Shown: positions 1-9,886, counted from the stretch's first letter. The stretch is 64,000 nucleotides of DNA from an uncultured Chloroflexia bacterium (GCA_963833225.1 CAWHXD010000019.1:640001-704000), one strand, 5' to 3'. Notes: generated by a model not told the origin, from the sequence alone. Made by a program: numbers and translations.

Positions 1-1607
1 ATGCCTCCGATCGCGGCGTAGGACCCGCGGCTGAGCTGCTGTCCGTCGGCTCGCTCGAACAGCTCGGTGAGGGCGAACTGGAGTAGCGGGAGCGCCCCCG
101 GCCGGTCGATGACGTCCGCCTCGAGGTCCGCGGCGAGCCCGGGCTCGAGCTCGACGCCGACCGCGGCGGCCGGTCGCACGATTGCCCGCTCGAGCTCGTC
201 GCGGGTCAGCGGGGTCACGACCTCGATGCCGTCCCGGATGAGTGCCCCGAGCTCGGCGCTGAGCAGTGGCCGGTCGAACCAGTCGGCTCGCAGCGAGGTG
301 ACGACGGTCGGGCGCGGCGGAGGTCCTGTGAGCGCGGCGGCGATGCCGCGCAGGAACCTGGCGGGCGCCGCTGGGTCGGTCGCCAGCGCGAACAGCTCCT
401 CGAGCTGGTCGATGACCAGGAGCAGGGGGCGAGGATCGGCGGCGGCCGCCCGAGCGAGCGTGGCGCCCACGTCGGCGGGGTCGGCCCCCACCGCCAGGCC
501 GGGTCCCTCCGCGCCGGAGACGACAGCGTCGAGCGAGCGCAGGAGCGCCTCCTCCGGACGGTTGCCCGGAAGCATGATCGCAACCCGCCATTCCGCGTGG
601 CCGGGATCCGATCGCGCCCGCAGCAGCGGCAGGAGCCCTGCCCGAATGACGCTCGACTTGCCGCTTCCGCTGGGTCCAACGAGAAGCAGCAGGTGGTTCG
701 TCCGAGACACCGCGTCGAGGCGCTCGAGAAGCCTCGCCGCGAACATCTCGCGCCCGAAGAAGTCAGTGGCGTCCGCTTCCCCGAAGGGCCGCAGGCCCTT
801 GTACGGGTTCCGCGGTCCGGAGGCGGGCCGCGCGAGATCGAGCTTCACGTCCTGGCGCAGGATGGCGAGCTCGAGCGCCTGGAGCTCAGGCGAGGGATCG
901 ATGCCGAGCTCGTCGGCGAGGAGGTGGCGACCCTCCTGGTAGACGCGCAGGGCATCGGCCTGGCGGCCGACACCGTAGAGGGCGCGCATCAGCTGGGCAC
1001 GCAGATGTTCGCGCAACGGCTCTTCGGAGACGAGCGCCTCGAGCTCGCCGGTGATGTCGCCGCCATGACCGAGCGCGAGGTCTGCTTCGAAGCGATCCTC
1101 GAGCGCTCGCAGCCGAAGCTCTCGAAGGCGAGCGATCTCCGGCTGCAGGAACGCGAGGTCGGCGAGGTCCGCGTACTGGTCGCCGCGCCACAGCGCCAGG
1201 GCGTCGCGAAGTCTCGCGGCGGCGACTGCCGGTTCACCGGCGAGACGCTCGTGGCCTTCGCTCGCCAGCCGCTCGAAGCGGGTCGCGTCGATCGCGTCGG
1301 GCTCGATGCGCAGGGAGTAGCCGCCCGCCTCGGTCGCGATCAGTCCCCGACCGCTGGCTGGACCGGGAACGTCGCCCGACACGGGCTCCAGCGCTGCCCG
1401 AAGCCGCGACACGTGGAACGCCACGCTTCCGGCGCCGCTCTCCGGCCGCGCATCGCCCCAGAGCGCGTCGAGGATGCGCTCGGTCGGGACCGTCCGTCCG
1501 GCGTGGACGAGGAGCAGCGCGAGCAGGGCACGCTGGCGCTGGGACGCGATCGCGATGGCCTGGCCATCTTCGACAAGCTCGAGGGGGCCAAGGACCCGGA
1601 TCTCCAA
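1..1607 (-). CDS. SARP-family (OmpR-type HTH + BTAD) regulator fused to STAND (nSTAND1-like) NTPase; runs off the window start
   Basis: Absent from the ORF track because it has no stop in the window. My minus-strand reading from TTG 1607 gives LEIRVLGPLELVEDG...QRALLALLLVHAGRTVPTERILDALWG (SARP), then NPYKGLRPFGEADATDFFGRE, Walker A LLLVGPSGSGKSSVIRAGLLP, Walker B LLLVIDQLEELF, and PGALPLLQFALTELFE, all in one frame. Confidence 0.9.
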   Translation of the reverse strand, partial: MEIRVLGPLELVEDGQAIAIASQRQRALLALLLVHAGRTVPTERILDALWGDARPESGAGSVAFHVSRLRAALEPVSGDVPGPASGRGLIATEAGGYSLRIEPDAIDATRFERLASEGHERLAGEPAVAAARLRDALALWRGDQYADLADLAFLQPEIARLRELRLRALEDRFEADLALGHGGDITGELEALVSEEPLREHLRAQLMRALYGVGRQADALRVYQEGRHLLADELGIDPSPELQALELAILRQDVKLDLARPASGPRNPYKGLRPFGEADATDFFGREMFAARLLERLDAVSRTNHLLLLVGPSGSGKSSVIRAGLLPLLRARSDPGHAEWRVAIMLPGNRPEEALLRSLDAVVSGAEGPGLAVGADPADVGATLARAAAADPRPLLLVIDQLEELFALATDPAAPARFLRGIAAALTGPPPRPTVVTSLRADWFDRPLLSAELGALIRDGIEVVTPLTRDELERAIVRPAAAVGVELEPGLAADLEADVIDRPGALPLLQFALTELFERADGQQLSRGSYAAIGG

Positions 1608-1769
1608 CCGGCGCCCTCGCTGCGAGTTCCGGCGACGTCGAGCGTCGATGCTAGGCCGGAGGCAGCGAGGTGGCTATGGCCGTCCGGCCTGTCAGGTGGT
1701 CCCGGGCGGCGGTCCAGCCCGCGTGGTCCTGCTCTCGGTCCTGCCCGCTCCCGAGCAGGCCGAGGGCCG

Positions 1770-2463
1770 TCAGGACGACAGCTTGGGGCCGCGGTTGAGG
1801 ATTCCCGGCAGCAGCAACCCGAGCACCGCCGCAACCACCAGGATCACCAGCCCGGCGAGCGTCGTTGGATCCAGGATCCCGAACTGCTCGGCCGCCAACG
1901 CGAGACCGAGGCCACCGAGGGCGCCGAAGATGAGCCCCACGATCCGTGACCCGATCCCGCCGCCGTTGAGCATCGTGAGCAGCAGGACCAGCGCGCCGAC
2001 GATCGCGGCCGCGACGCCGCCGCCCCCGAAGACGGTCAGGAGCGGGTTCACGTCATCGATGATGATCCGGACCTCGCCGCTGCAACCCCCGCCCTCGCCA
2101 CTCGAGGATCCGGCGACGGTGAACCGGGCGCCCAGCGCCGTGAAGGCCGCCACGGAGACCCCCTGGACCTCGCCGGTGGTGCCGCCATCCCCGCTGCCCG
2201 AAGCGATCGGCAGCTGGAGGCCAAGCGCGTAGGCACCGACCGACGCCGCCGTCTGCTTGGACGGGGCGGTCCCGGAGCCGCCGGCCACGTCCGTCGACTT
2301 GCAGGTGCCACTCTGCCGCGGTCGTGAGATCGATGGCGCCGGTTGACGTCGAGGTACCGGTGACCTTGCAGCCTCCGGTGACGGTGGCCGCGGCCACCGC
2401 CGGGATCGCCAGCGCGAGGGCTGCCGCAAGGATGGGCGCGATCGTGTTGTGGATTCTGGGCAT
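1770..2463 (-). CDS. Exported/membrane hypothetical protein with a frameshift near 2298
   Basis: The signal peptide (MPRIHNTIAPILAAALALAIPAVAAA) is in ORF 2053..2469. The Gly-rich continuation and three C-terminal TM helices are in ORF 1770..2516. A GGAGGAGG SD lies upstream. Confidence 0.6.
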
Positions 2464-2599
2464 GTGCACGGCCTCCTCCGTCCCGTTCCCCCGGGATCCA
2501 GCGAGCGGATCCTCACCCCCTCACTCTAGGCGCGGGGCCCCGTGCGTCAACCCCTCGGCGGTCGAGTGACGTAGCATCAGCCTCGCCCGAGGAGGTCCC

Positions 2600-3821
2600 G
2601 TGTCGTCGCCCCGCAAGGTCGCGCTGTTCACCAACGAATACCCGCCAAACGTCTACGGTGGCGCAGGCGTGCACGTCGAATACCTCAGCCGCGAGCTGTC
2701 CCGCCTGGTTCCGGTGGAGGTCCGTTGCTTCGGCGACCAGGATGCCGACGAGCCCAACCTCCGGGTGAAGGGCTACGGCCCGTGGGCGGAGGCCACCCAC
2801 GACACGGACCCGCGCTTTCGGGGCGCGCTCGACGCCTTCCAGCGCAACCTGGCGATGGCCAAGGACACCCTCGACGCGGACGTCGTCCACTGCCATACCT
2901 GGTACGCGGACATGGCCGGATTCCTGGCCAAGAAGCTGTGGGGCGTGCCGCTGGTCCTGACGACGCACTCGCTCGAGCCATTGCGTCCGTGGAAGGTGGA
3001 GCAGCTCGGCAACGCCTACGAGCTCTCGGGCTGGATGGAGCGGACGACGATCCTCGATGCCGACGCGCTGATCGCGGTATCGCGGGAGACGACGGGCGGA
3101 CATCCTGCGCTTCTTCCCCGTTGACCCCGCCCGGATCCACGTCATCCACAACGGGATCGACCTCGACGAGTACCGCCCGGATCCCCGGACCGCCTTCCTC
3201 GAGCAGTACGGAATCGACCCCGACCGTCCGTTCGTGCTGTTCGTCGGCCGGATCACCCGCCAGAAGGGGATCATCCACCTCGTCAACGCGATCCCCGAGA
3301 TCGATCCGTCGCTCCAGGTGGTGCTCTGTGCCGGCGCCCCCGATACCGCCGAGATCGGGGCCGAGATGGCGCAGCGGGTGGCCGAGGTGAGCGCAGGCCG
3401 GGCCGACGTGACCTGGGTCCGGGAGATGCTGCCGCGTGAGGCTGCGATCCAGCTCTACTCGCACGCGGCGGTGTTCTGCTGTCCGTCCGTCTACGAGCCG
3501 TTCGGGATCATCAACCTCGAGGCGATGGCCTGTGAGACGGCGGTGGTGGCGTCCGCGGTGGGGGGCATCCCGGAGGTCGTGGTACCCGAGGAGACAGGGC
3601 TGCTGGTCGACCCGCGGATCCGCGAAGGGACGTTCGACCCGGTCGATCCGGCGGCGTTCTCAGCCGGCCTGGCCGAGGCCATCAACCGCGTCGGGCTGGA
3701 CGAGGCGCTCCGGGAGCGGATGGGCCGGGCGGGCCGGCAGCGCGCGAGGACCACTTCAGTTGGGCTGCGATCGCGCAGCCAGACGCTCGACCTGTACGGG
3801 CGGCTGCTGGACGCCCGGTAA
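2600..3821 (+). CDS. glgA: Glycogen synthase / GT4 glycosyltransferase (actinobacterial GlgA/GlgM type), frameshifted near 3093, with compensating shifts near 3745 and 3779
   Basis: TNEYPPNVYGGAGVHV, HCHTWY and HSLEPLRPWKVEQLG in the first ORF. FVGRITRQKG and PSVYEPFGIINLEAMAC in the second ORF. GAGGAGG SD. Confidence 0.85.
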
Positions 3822-3826
3822 CCAGG

Positions 3827-4561
3827 TCAGTCGGCCTCTCCGATCTCGTAGGCCATCAGCCGGCGGACGGCCACGGCCAGGGCGATGGCGAAGACCACGA
3901 CCGAGAGGGCGATCGCCACGCCTCCGGCCAGCAGCTCCCCGGCGGCAGCCCGGGAACCGCCCGCGGTCGCGTCCGCGATGGACAGCGCGTACTGGCGGAT
4001 GGAGAAGGTCCGGGTCCCCGCGAACAGGCCGGCCAGAAAGCCTTCCCATGCGAGGACGTAGATGAGCCCGATCGCGAGCGCCCTGGACGTCACCAGGCTG
4101 AGCGCCAGGAAGATCGTCACGTAGAGCACCGCCGCGACGGCCGCCCCGAGCCCATAGCCGGCCGCCGTGGCCAGCCCGGTGCCCCCGGCTGCGAGGATCG
4201 CCCCGGCGATGACGGCGGCGGGCGCGGTGACCACCACGGCCAGCCCGGCCGCCGCGGCCGTCTTGGCGGCGACGATCCGCCACCGCGCGATCGGCTTGGT
4301 GATCAGGTAGATGGCCGTTCCATCGTCGAGCTCCGAGCCGAGAGCGGCCGTCCCGAAGACGAGCGAGACGAGCGGGACGAGGGTCGAGATGACCAGGCGG
4401 TCCATGATCGTGTCGGTGACTTCGGTGATCCCCGACTCCTGCCCCGACAGCCGGACGAGCAGCGCGATCAGGATCGGCAGCGCTCCCAGCAGCGACACGA
4501 GCAGGCTCCGCCGCCGCCCGGTCAGGGCACGCACGGTCAGCGCGGCGATCAGCCGGATCAC
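3827..4561 (-). CDS. ABC-2 type transporter permease
   Basis: About 6 TM helices and an ELDDGTAIYLITKPIARWRIVAAK motif; operonic overlap with the ATPase gene. Confidence 0.85.
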   Translation of the reverse strand: MIRLIAALTVRALTGRRRSLLVSLLGALPILIALLVRLSGQESGITEVTDTIMDRLVISTLVPLVSLVFGTAALGSELDDGTAIYLITKPIARWRIVAAKTAAAAGLAVVVTAPAAVIAGAILAAGGTGLATAAGYGLGAAVAAVLYVTIFLALSLVTSRALAIGLIYVLAWEGFLAGLFAGTRTFSIRQYALSIADATAGGSRAAAGELLAGGVAIALSVVVFAIALAVAVRRLMAYEIGEAD

Positions 4562-5539
4562 CGGCGCACCAGGTAGCCAAAGACGCTCTCGAGATCCTCG
4601 TCCGTCGGCTGGACCTCGAGCAGCGTGATGCCGGCATCACGGGCGATGACCGCCAGGGAGCGCGCAAACGCCAGGTAGTCGGAGGTGCGCACGGACAGCC
4701 TGCCCTCGCCAAGCTCGACCCCGAAGACCGCCGGGTGGCCGACGAGCCCCGCCGCCAGGTGGCGGTCGTCCGACGAGTGGATGGTGAACGTGTGCGGGCG
4801 GTCGGTCATCAGCCGCCGGATCTCGCGGAAGTCGCCCGATGCCGCCAGGCGCCCGGAGACGATCACCAGGACGTTCTGGGCGAGCCGCTCGACCTCCTCG
4901 AGGATGTGCGAGCTGAACAGGATCGTGCGCCCCTCGCCGGCCATCCGACGCAGGAGATCCATCATGTGCAGGCGCTGGCGCGGATCCATGCCGTTGAACG
5001 GCTCGTCGAGCAGGAGGATCGACGGCTCGTGGACGAGGGCTCCCGCGATCTTCACCCGCTGGCGCATCCCCTTGGAGTAGGTCCCGATCGTGCGACCGGC
5101 GGCATCAGCCGAGCTCGACCGTCGCGACCGCACGGTCGGCCGCCGCCTCAGGGTCGGGCAATCCCTGGAGCCGGGCGTTGAGCAGGGCGAAGTCGCGCCC
5201 GGTCAGGAACGGGTAGACCGCCTCCCGCTCGGGAACCAGCCCGACGCGCCGGTAGATCGCCGGGTCGCGCCAGGCCGGCCGGCCGGTGATCGCAACCTGT
5301 CCGGCCGATGGCCTGAGCAGGCCGGCGATGAGGTGGAGGAGGGTGGACTTGCCCGCCCCGTTCGGGCCGAGCAGTCCGGTGACCCCCGGCCGCAGGGTGA
5401 ACGAGATGTCGTTGACCGCGACCACGTTGCCGTACCAGCGCGAGACCACCTGGAGCTCCACGGCGGCGGTGGGATCGAGCGGGCGTGGCGGAGCCGCAGG
5501 CACGCCCCAGCCGGCCAGTCGCGGGTCGCCGGCCGTCAT
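4558..5539 (-). CDS. ABC transporter ATP-binding protein, frameshift near 5108
   Basis: Walker A GPNGAGKST (tail of ORF 5105..6421) joins the signature YSKGMRQR, LLLDEP and SSH of ORF 4558..5133. ATG at 5539 overlaps the upstream TGA. Confidence 0.85.
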
Positions 5540-6421
5540 GCCTCGATCCTCCGGTACCGCCAGACGAGGCCGAGCGCGGCGACGGCAGCAACGACCAGCG
5601 CTCCGATGGCCAGCGCGGCGGTGGGGATGGACGACGCTCAGAGCGGCCTCGGCGCTCGGCCGGACGCCGAAGAACCAGGCGTTGACTCCGTCGAGCAGGG
5701 ACCCGATGTCGATCATGATGATCCAGTCGGACAGCCGCCCCGGGTCGATGGCGATGACGATGGCCGCGATGATCCCGGGGATGATGAACACGCCGAAGAT
5801 CGCCGCGGTCGCGTAGGCGCGACGCGGCGTGAACGAGGCGGCCAGGAGGGCCACGGCGGCGAGGGTGACCGCGATGACCACCGATGAGCCGAGGACCGGG
5901 GGCAGGGTGGCGGCCTCCGTTCGGAGCGCCGTGACGATGTCCGGATCGAGCAGGATGGTCCCGGCGCCGAGCAGGAGGTGGGGGACGAGCAGGATCGTCA
6001 GGGTCCCGATGCTCATGGCTGCGAGCTTGGCCAGCGCATAGTCGGTGCGGCGCAGCGCCCGCGAGAAGTACAGGGTGAGGACCCGGTAGCGCTGGTCACG
6101 ACCGAGCAGCTCCGGCGCCTGGGCCGCGACGAACAGGAGCGGGAACACCGAGACCGCCGCATACAGCCCGTCATGCCCGGGGATGCCCGGGACGTCGCCG
6201 AGGTCGACCTGGGCCGCGAGGGCGCGGACCCCGACGAGGATCAGGGCGATCAGCGCCGGAAACCCCACGCAGACGACCGGCAGGATCTTCGCCCGGCCGT
6301 TCCGGCCGATGCCGAAGACGCTCCGGGCCGAGTGCCGGACCAGGGTCGAGACGGCGTGGCGGCGGCCGAGGCGCGGGCCGTCGTAGCCGCGATAGCCGAG
6401 GTCGTAGATGCTGCCGCTCAC
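5536..6421 (-). CDS. ABC-2 type transporter permease, frameshift near 5635
   Basis: GSIYDLGYRGYDGPRLGR start and DQRYRVLTLYFSRAL motif. The last helix (IPTAALAIGALVVAAVAALGLVWRYRRIEA*) is in a shifted frame ending at TGA 5536. Confidence 0.8.
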
Positions 6422-7419
6422 GATGCGGCTCCACCGGGTGTCGTCGCCGGATCGACGGCCGCCTCGTCGCCGCGGTCCTGGTCGCGGAAGAGGTCCTCGA
6501 GGCTGTGCCGGCTGCGCGTGATCCGGACCAGCGGCAAACCCAGGTCCACGACGGCATCGCGGATCAGGTCGTACGGCGCGGTGTCGCCGAGGGCGATGCG
6601 GACCTCCCGGTCCTCGCCGATCCCCGCGCGAGCCAGCACCCGGAGGCCGCGCTCACCGAGCCGGGTCGCCAGGGCGTCACGCCCCTCCTCGACCTCGACG
6701 CTGAGCACGCCGGTCTCGGTCGTGAACTCCGCCAGGGGTGCGGCCCGGAGCAGTCGACCGGCGTCGATCGCCACCAGGTAGTCACACACCGCCTCGATCT
6801 CGCCGAGCAGGTGGCTGGCCAGGATGATCGCGATCCCGAACTCGTGGCCGGTCCGGCTGATGAGCTCGAGCATCTCGTCGCGGCCGGCCGGATCCAGGCC
6901 GTTGGTGGGCTCGTCGAGCAGCAGTAGGCGCGGGTCATGGACGAGGGCCTGGGCGAGCTGGACCCGCTGGCGCATCCCGGTGGAGTAGCCGCCGATGGGC
7001 CGGTAGCGCTCCTCGTACAGGCCGACGTGTCGGAGGACGTCGGACGTCCGCTCCCGGGCAGCCGCCCGCGGCAGGCCGGATAGCTGGCCCAGGTGGGCGA
7101 CCAGCTCGGTTGCGCTGATGTCGGGCGGCAGCGCGTTGTGCTCGGGCATGTAGCCCACCCAGCGGCGGAGCTCGGTTCCGTGGGTGGTCGGATCGATGCC
7201 CAGGACGGCGACGCGGCCGCTGCTTGGCGCCAGGAGCCCGAGCAGGATCCTGATCAGGGTCGACTTGCCGGCCCCGTTCGCGCCCACGAGCCCCACGATC
7301 CCAGGGGAAAGCTCGAGCGTCAGGGCGTCCAGCGCGGTCACGCTCGTGAACCGCTTCGTCAGCGACTCGACGCGGACGATCGGGGCGCCGTCACCAGGAG
7401 CCGTCCGGTGGGCTGTCAC
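6418..7419 (-). CDS. ABC transporter ATP-binding protein
   Basis: GANGAGKST, YSTGMRQR, LLLDEPTNGLD. GTG 7419 lies 6 nt after a TACCAT -10 hexamer (leaderless). Confidence 0.9.
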   Translation of the reverse strand: MTAHRTAPGDGAPIVRVESLTKRFTSVTALDALTLELSPGIVGLVGANGAGKSTLIRILLGLLAPSSGRVAVLGIDPTTHGTELRRWVGYMPEHNALPPDISATELVAHLGQLSGLPRAAARERTSDVLRHVGLYEERYRPIGGYSTGMRQRVQLAQALVHDPRLLLLDEPTNGLDPAGRDEMLELISRTGHEFGIAIILASHLLGEIEAVCDYLVAIDAGRLLRAAPLAEFTTETGVLSVEVEEGRDALATRLGERGLRVLARAGIGEDREVRIALGDTAPYDLIRDAVVDLGLPLVRITRSRHSLEDLFRDQDRGDEAAVDPATTPGGAAS

Positions 7420-7460
7420 CGGGCGATGGTACTGGGCGCCAAGCGCACGCTGCCCGGCGG

Positions 7461-9512
7461 TCAGCCGGCCGTGGGTGGTCGGGTGCTCGAGGTGCGGCGC
7501 CGTTCGCCGCGCCGTCGCTCCACGCCTCCGGGTGGCGGCGCGACGCTGCTTGTCCGCCGGTCCGCCCTTCGGCGCTCGCCGCCGGCGGGCAGCTGGGGCA
7601 CGGATGTGGCCGTCGCTGCGGCCGGCTTGGCGGCCACGGTCGCCGCAGCCGGCTTGGCGGCCACGGCCGCGGCGCGCGGTGCGGACCCGCCGACCTCGGC
7701 GATCACGCCCAGCGAGATCCGGAAGCCGGCTCGTCGCTGCTGGGGCGGCATCATCGTTCCCTGGCCGACCGGCGCGTCGCCCGGGAACCATTTGACCCAC
7801 TCCTCGTTGAAGGCATCGAACTCGGCCGGGTCACGCAGCGACCAGTTCGCCCACGCGATCCGCTCGAGCGACGAGCCCTTCGCCTCCAGGAGGCGATTGA
7901 GGTTCTCCAGGCACTGGGTGGCCTGCGCGGCGATGGACTCCCCGGCGATGTGCCCGGTCTCGGGGTTCACCGGGCCGACGGAGGACACGTACACCATGCC
8001 GCCGGCCTCCACGGCGTGCCCCAGCCCGATCTTGAGCCGGGGTGCAAGCTCGCCCGACTGCTCGATGCCGATGGACCGTCCCTTGCCAAGCCGGATCTTC
8101 ACCGGGTGTTCGGCATCCTCCGCCGGGATCCCGAAGTCCCCCTCCGGCAGCTCGATCCCGGACGCCTGGAACTTGGGCATGAACGTGGGTCGCTCGCCGG
8201 TCGGCTGGAGCGTGCCCACGATCTTGCCGTGCTCATCGACACCGGTCTGCTTGAACTCGAAGATGTCCTGGGTGAGGATCTGGTCATCCTCGATCCCGTA
8301 GACCTCGGTGATGTTGATGATCTTGCGCGAGCCGTCGCCGAGACGGGCGGTGTGCACGATGAGGTCCACCGCGGACGCGATCTGCTCCCGGATCGAGCGC
8401 AGCGGCATCTCGTAGCCGGCCATCAGGATCATGGTCTCGAGGCGGCGGAGCATGTCCGGCGAGCTGTTGGCGTGGCCCGTCGAGAGGGACCCTTCCTGGC
8501 CCACGGTCATCGCCTGGATCATGTCCAGGGCCTCGCCGCCACGGCACTCGCCGACGATGATCCGGTCCGGGCGCATGTGGAGCGCGTTGCGGAGGAGGTC
8601 GCGGGTCGTGATCTCGCCCAGGCCCTCGAGGTTGGGCGGGCGGGCCTCGAGGGTCACGACGTGCTCTTGGCGGAGCTGGAGCTCAGCCGCGTCCTCGATG
8701 GTGATGATCCGTTCCTCCTCGGGGACGAAGGCCGAGATCACGTTGAGGGTCGTCGTCTTGCCGGAGCCCGTGCCGCCCGAGACGAAGATGTTGAGACGGG
8801 CCTCGACACAGGCGCGCAGGAAGTCGAACATCTCGGCGCTCGCGGTGCCAAACCCGACCAGGTCCTCGACCGTGTACGGGCGCTGCGAGAACTTCCGGAT
8901 CGTGATCACGGGCCCGATGAGGGACAGGGGCTCGATGATGCAGTTGACGCGCGATCCGTCCGGGAGGCGGGCGTCGACGCGCGGGCTGGTCTGGTCGATG
9001 CGGCGCCCAAGCGGCGTGATGATGCGGTCGATGATCCGGAGGACGTGGTCGTCGTTGAGGAACGACATCGGGACGCGCGAGATCTTGCCGGCGCGCTCGA
9101 TGTAGATGTGGTCCGGTCCATTGACCATGATCTCGGTGATCGTCGGGTCGGCGATCAGCGGCTCGAGCGGGCCCAGGCCGCTGACCTCGGCGATGACCTC
9201 CTCGGCGAGGCGATTGCGCTCGCCGCGCGTGACCGCGAGCCCGTTGGCCACGATGAACCGCTCCAGGATCGCATCCACGGCCGTCCGGAGGTCGGAGGTC
9301 TTGGAGGCCTCGAACAGCGCATGCGACGACCCGACGACCTCGTCCTGGAGGCGACGACGGACCTCGCGAAGCCACTCCTCGCGGGCGGCGTAGTTCGCGG
9401 GCGCGCCAATCGGCACGGTGGCCACCGCGCTCGTGGCGGGCTTGGCCTCCGCGCTCCCAGGTGCATCCGTTGCGGCCTGCTGGGCGCGCTCGATTCGCGA
9501 GGTGAGGGACAT
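7461..9512 (-). CDS. TadA/CpaF-family secretion ATPase fused to a C-terminal Rid (YjgF/YER057c/UK114)-like domain
   Basis: GLGPLEPL...EIMVNG, SPRVDARLPDGSR, Walker A GGTGSGKTT, TIEDAAEL, MRPDRIIVGECRGGEA, TGHANS. Then AVEAGGMVYVSSVGPVNPETG...QATQCLENL...FDAFNEEWVKWFPG...ISLGVIAE (Rid fold). ATG 9512 has a GGGGAG SD. Confidence 0.9.
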   Translation of the reverse strand: MSLTSRIERAQQAATDAPGSAEAKPATSAVATVPIGAPANYAAREEWLREVRRRLQDEVVGSSHALFEASKTSDLRTAVDAILERFIVANGLAVTRGERNRLAEEVIAEVSGLGPLEPLIADPTITEIMVNGPDHIYIERAGKISRVPMSFLNDDHVLRIIDRIITPLGRRIDQTSPRVDARLPDGSRVNCIIEPLSLIGPVITIRKFSQRPYTVEDLVGFGTASAEMFDFLRACVEARLNIFVSGGTGSGKTTTLNVISAFVPEEERIITIEDAAELQLRQEHVVTLEARPPNLEGLGEITTRDLLRNALHMRPDRIIVGECRGGEALDMIQAMTVGQEGSLSTGHANSSPDMLRRLETMILMAGYEMPLRSIREQIASAVDLIVHTARLGDGSRKIINITEVYGIEDDQILTQDIFEFKQTGVDEHGKIVGTLQPTGERPTFMPKFQASGIELPEGDFGIPAEDAEHPVKIRLGKGRSIGIEQSGELAPRLKIGLGHAVEAGGMVYVSSVGPVNPETGHIAGESIAAQATQCLENLNRLLEAKGSSLERIAWANWSLRDPAEFDAFNEEWVKWFPGDAPVGQGTMMPPQQRRAGFRISLGVIAEVGGSAPRAAAVAAKPAAATVAAKPAAATATSVPQLPAGGERRRADRRTSSVAPPPGGVERRRGERRRTSSTRPPTAG

Positions 9513-9646
9513 GGACGACTCCCCGGGCGCGGCCATCCCCGTGCGGCCGCGTTGCGCAAGATCCTACGCGCGGACCGCGGTATCGGGAAGGCCCTCCTCG
9601 CGGTGAGGCGCGGCTGGGCGGTGTCCGCGGTCACCGGGGGCCATCG

Positions 9647-9675
9647 TTGACGGGGCAACCACTGGAGGCTAGGCT
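9647..9675 (+). promoter_or_regulatory. Sigma70-type promoter TTGACG-N17-TAGGCT
   Basis: -35 at 9647-9652, 17-nt spacer, -10 at 9670-9675, and ATG 6 nt downstream. Confidence 0.75.
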
Positions 9676-9681
9676 TCGCGC

Positions 9682-9777
9682 ATGGTTGAGGTCGCCCTCG
9701 CGGGCTGTACGGGTCAGCGGTGCTCCTGTCGTCGGCGAGCGCCGGCGACGGTCGAGCGTGCGGCAGCGTTGAGCTGA
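9682..9777 (+). CDS. Putative leaderless Cys-containing leader peptide MVEVALAGCTGQRCSCRRRAPATVERAAALS
   Basis: ATG at the predicted transcription start; 3 Cys codons; overlaps alternative hairpins; precedes DUF4395. Confidence 0.55.
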   Translation: MVEVALAGCTGQRCSCRRRAPATVERAAALS

Positions 9778-9886
9778 CCCGCACCGGCTGACCGCTCCGG
9801 GCCTCGCCCCCTCCCCGTCGCCCCGCGCTCCGTCGCGTCTCCTCGCGCACGGCGCGCCCGTCCCGTTCGACCCGGAGTCCTTCCTC

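Noticed and set aside
67-1949. Long plus-strand ORFs, and the many similar antisense or alternative-frame ORFs across the window
   Set aside because: Shadow ORFs of very GC-rich coding DNA: Arg/Pro/Ala-rich, no motifs, and overlapping clear genes.
5105-6421. Apparent permease-ATPase fusion ORF (438 aa)
   Set aside because: Produced by a frameshift near 5635. A proper permease C-terminus and an ATGA stop/start overlap exist at 5536-5539.
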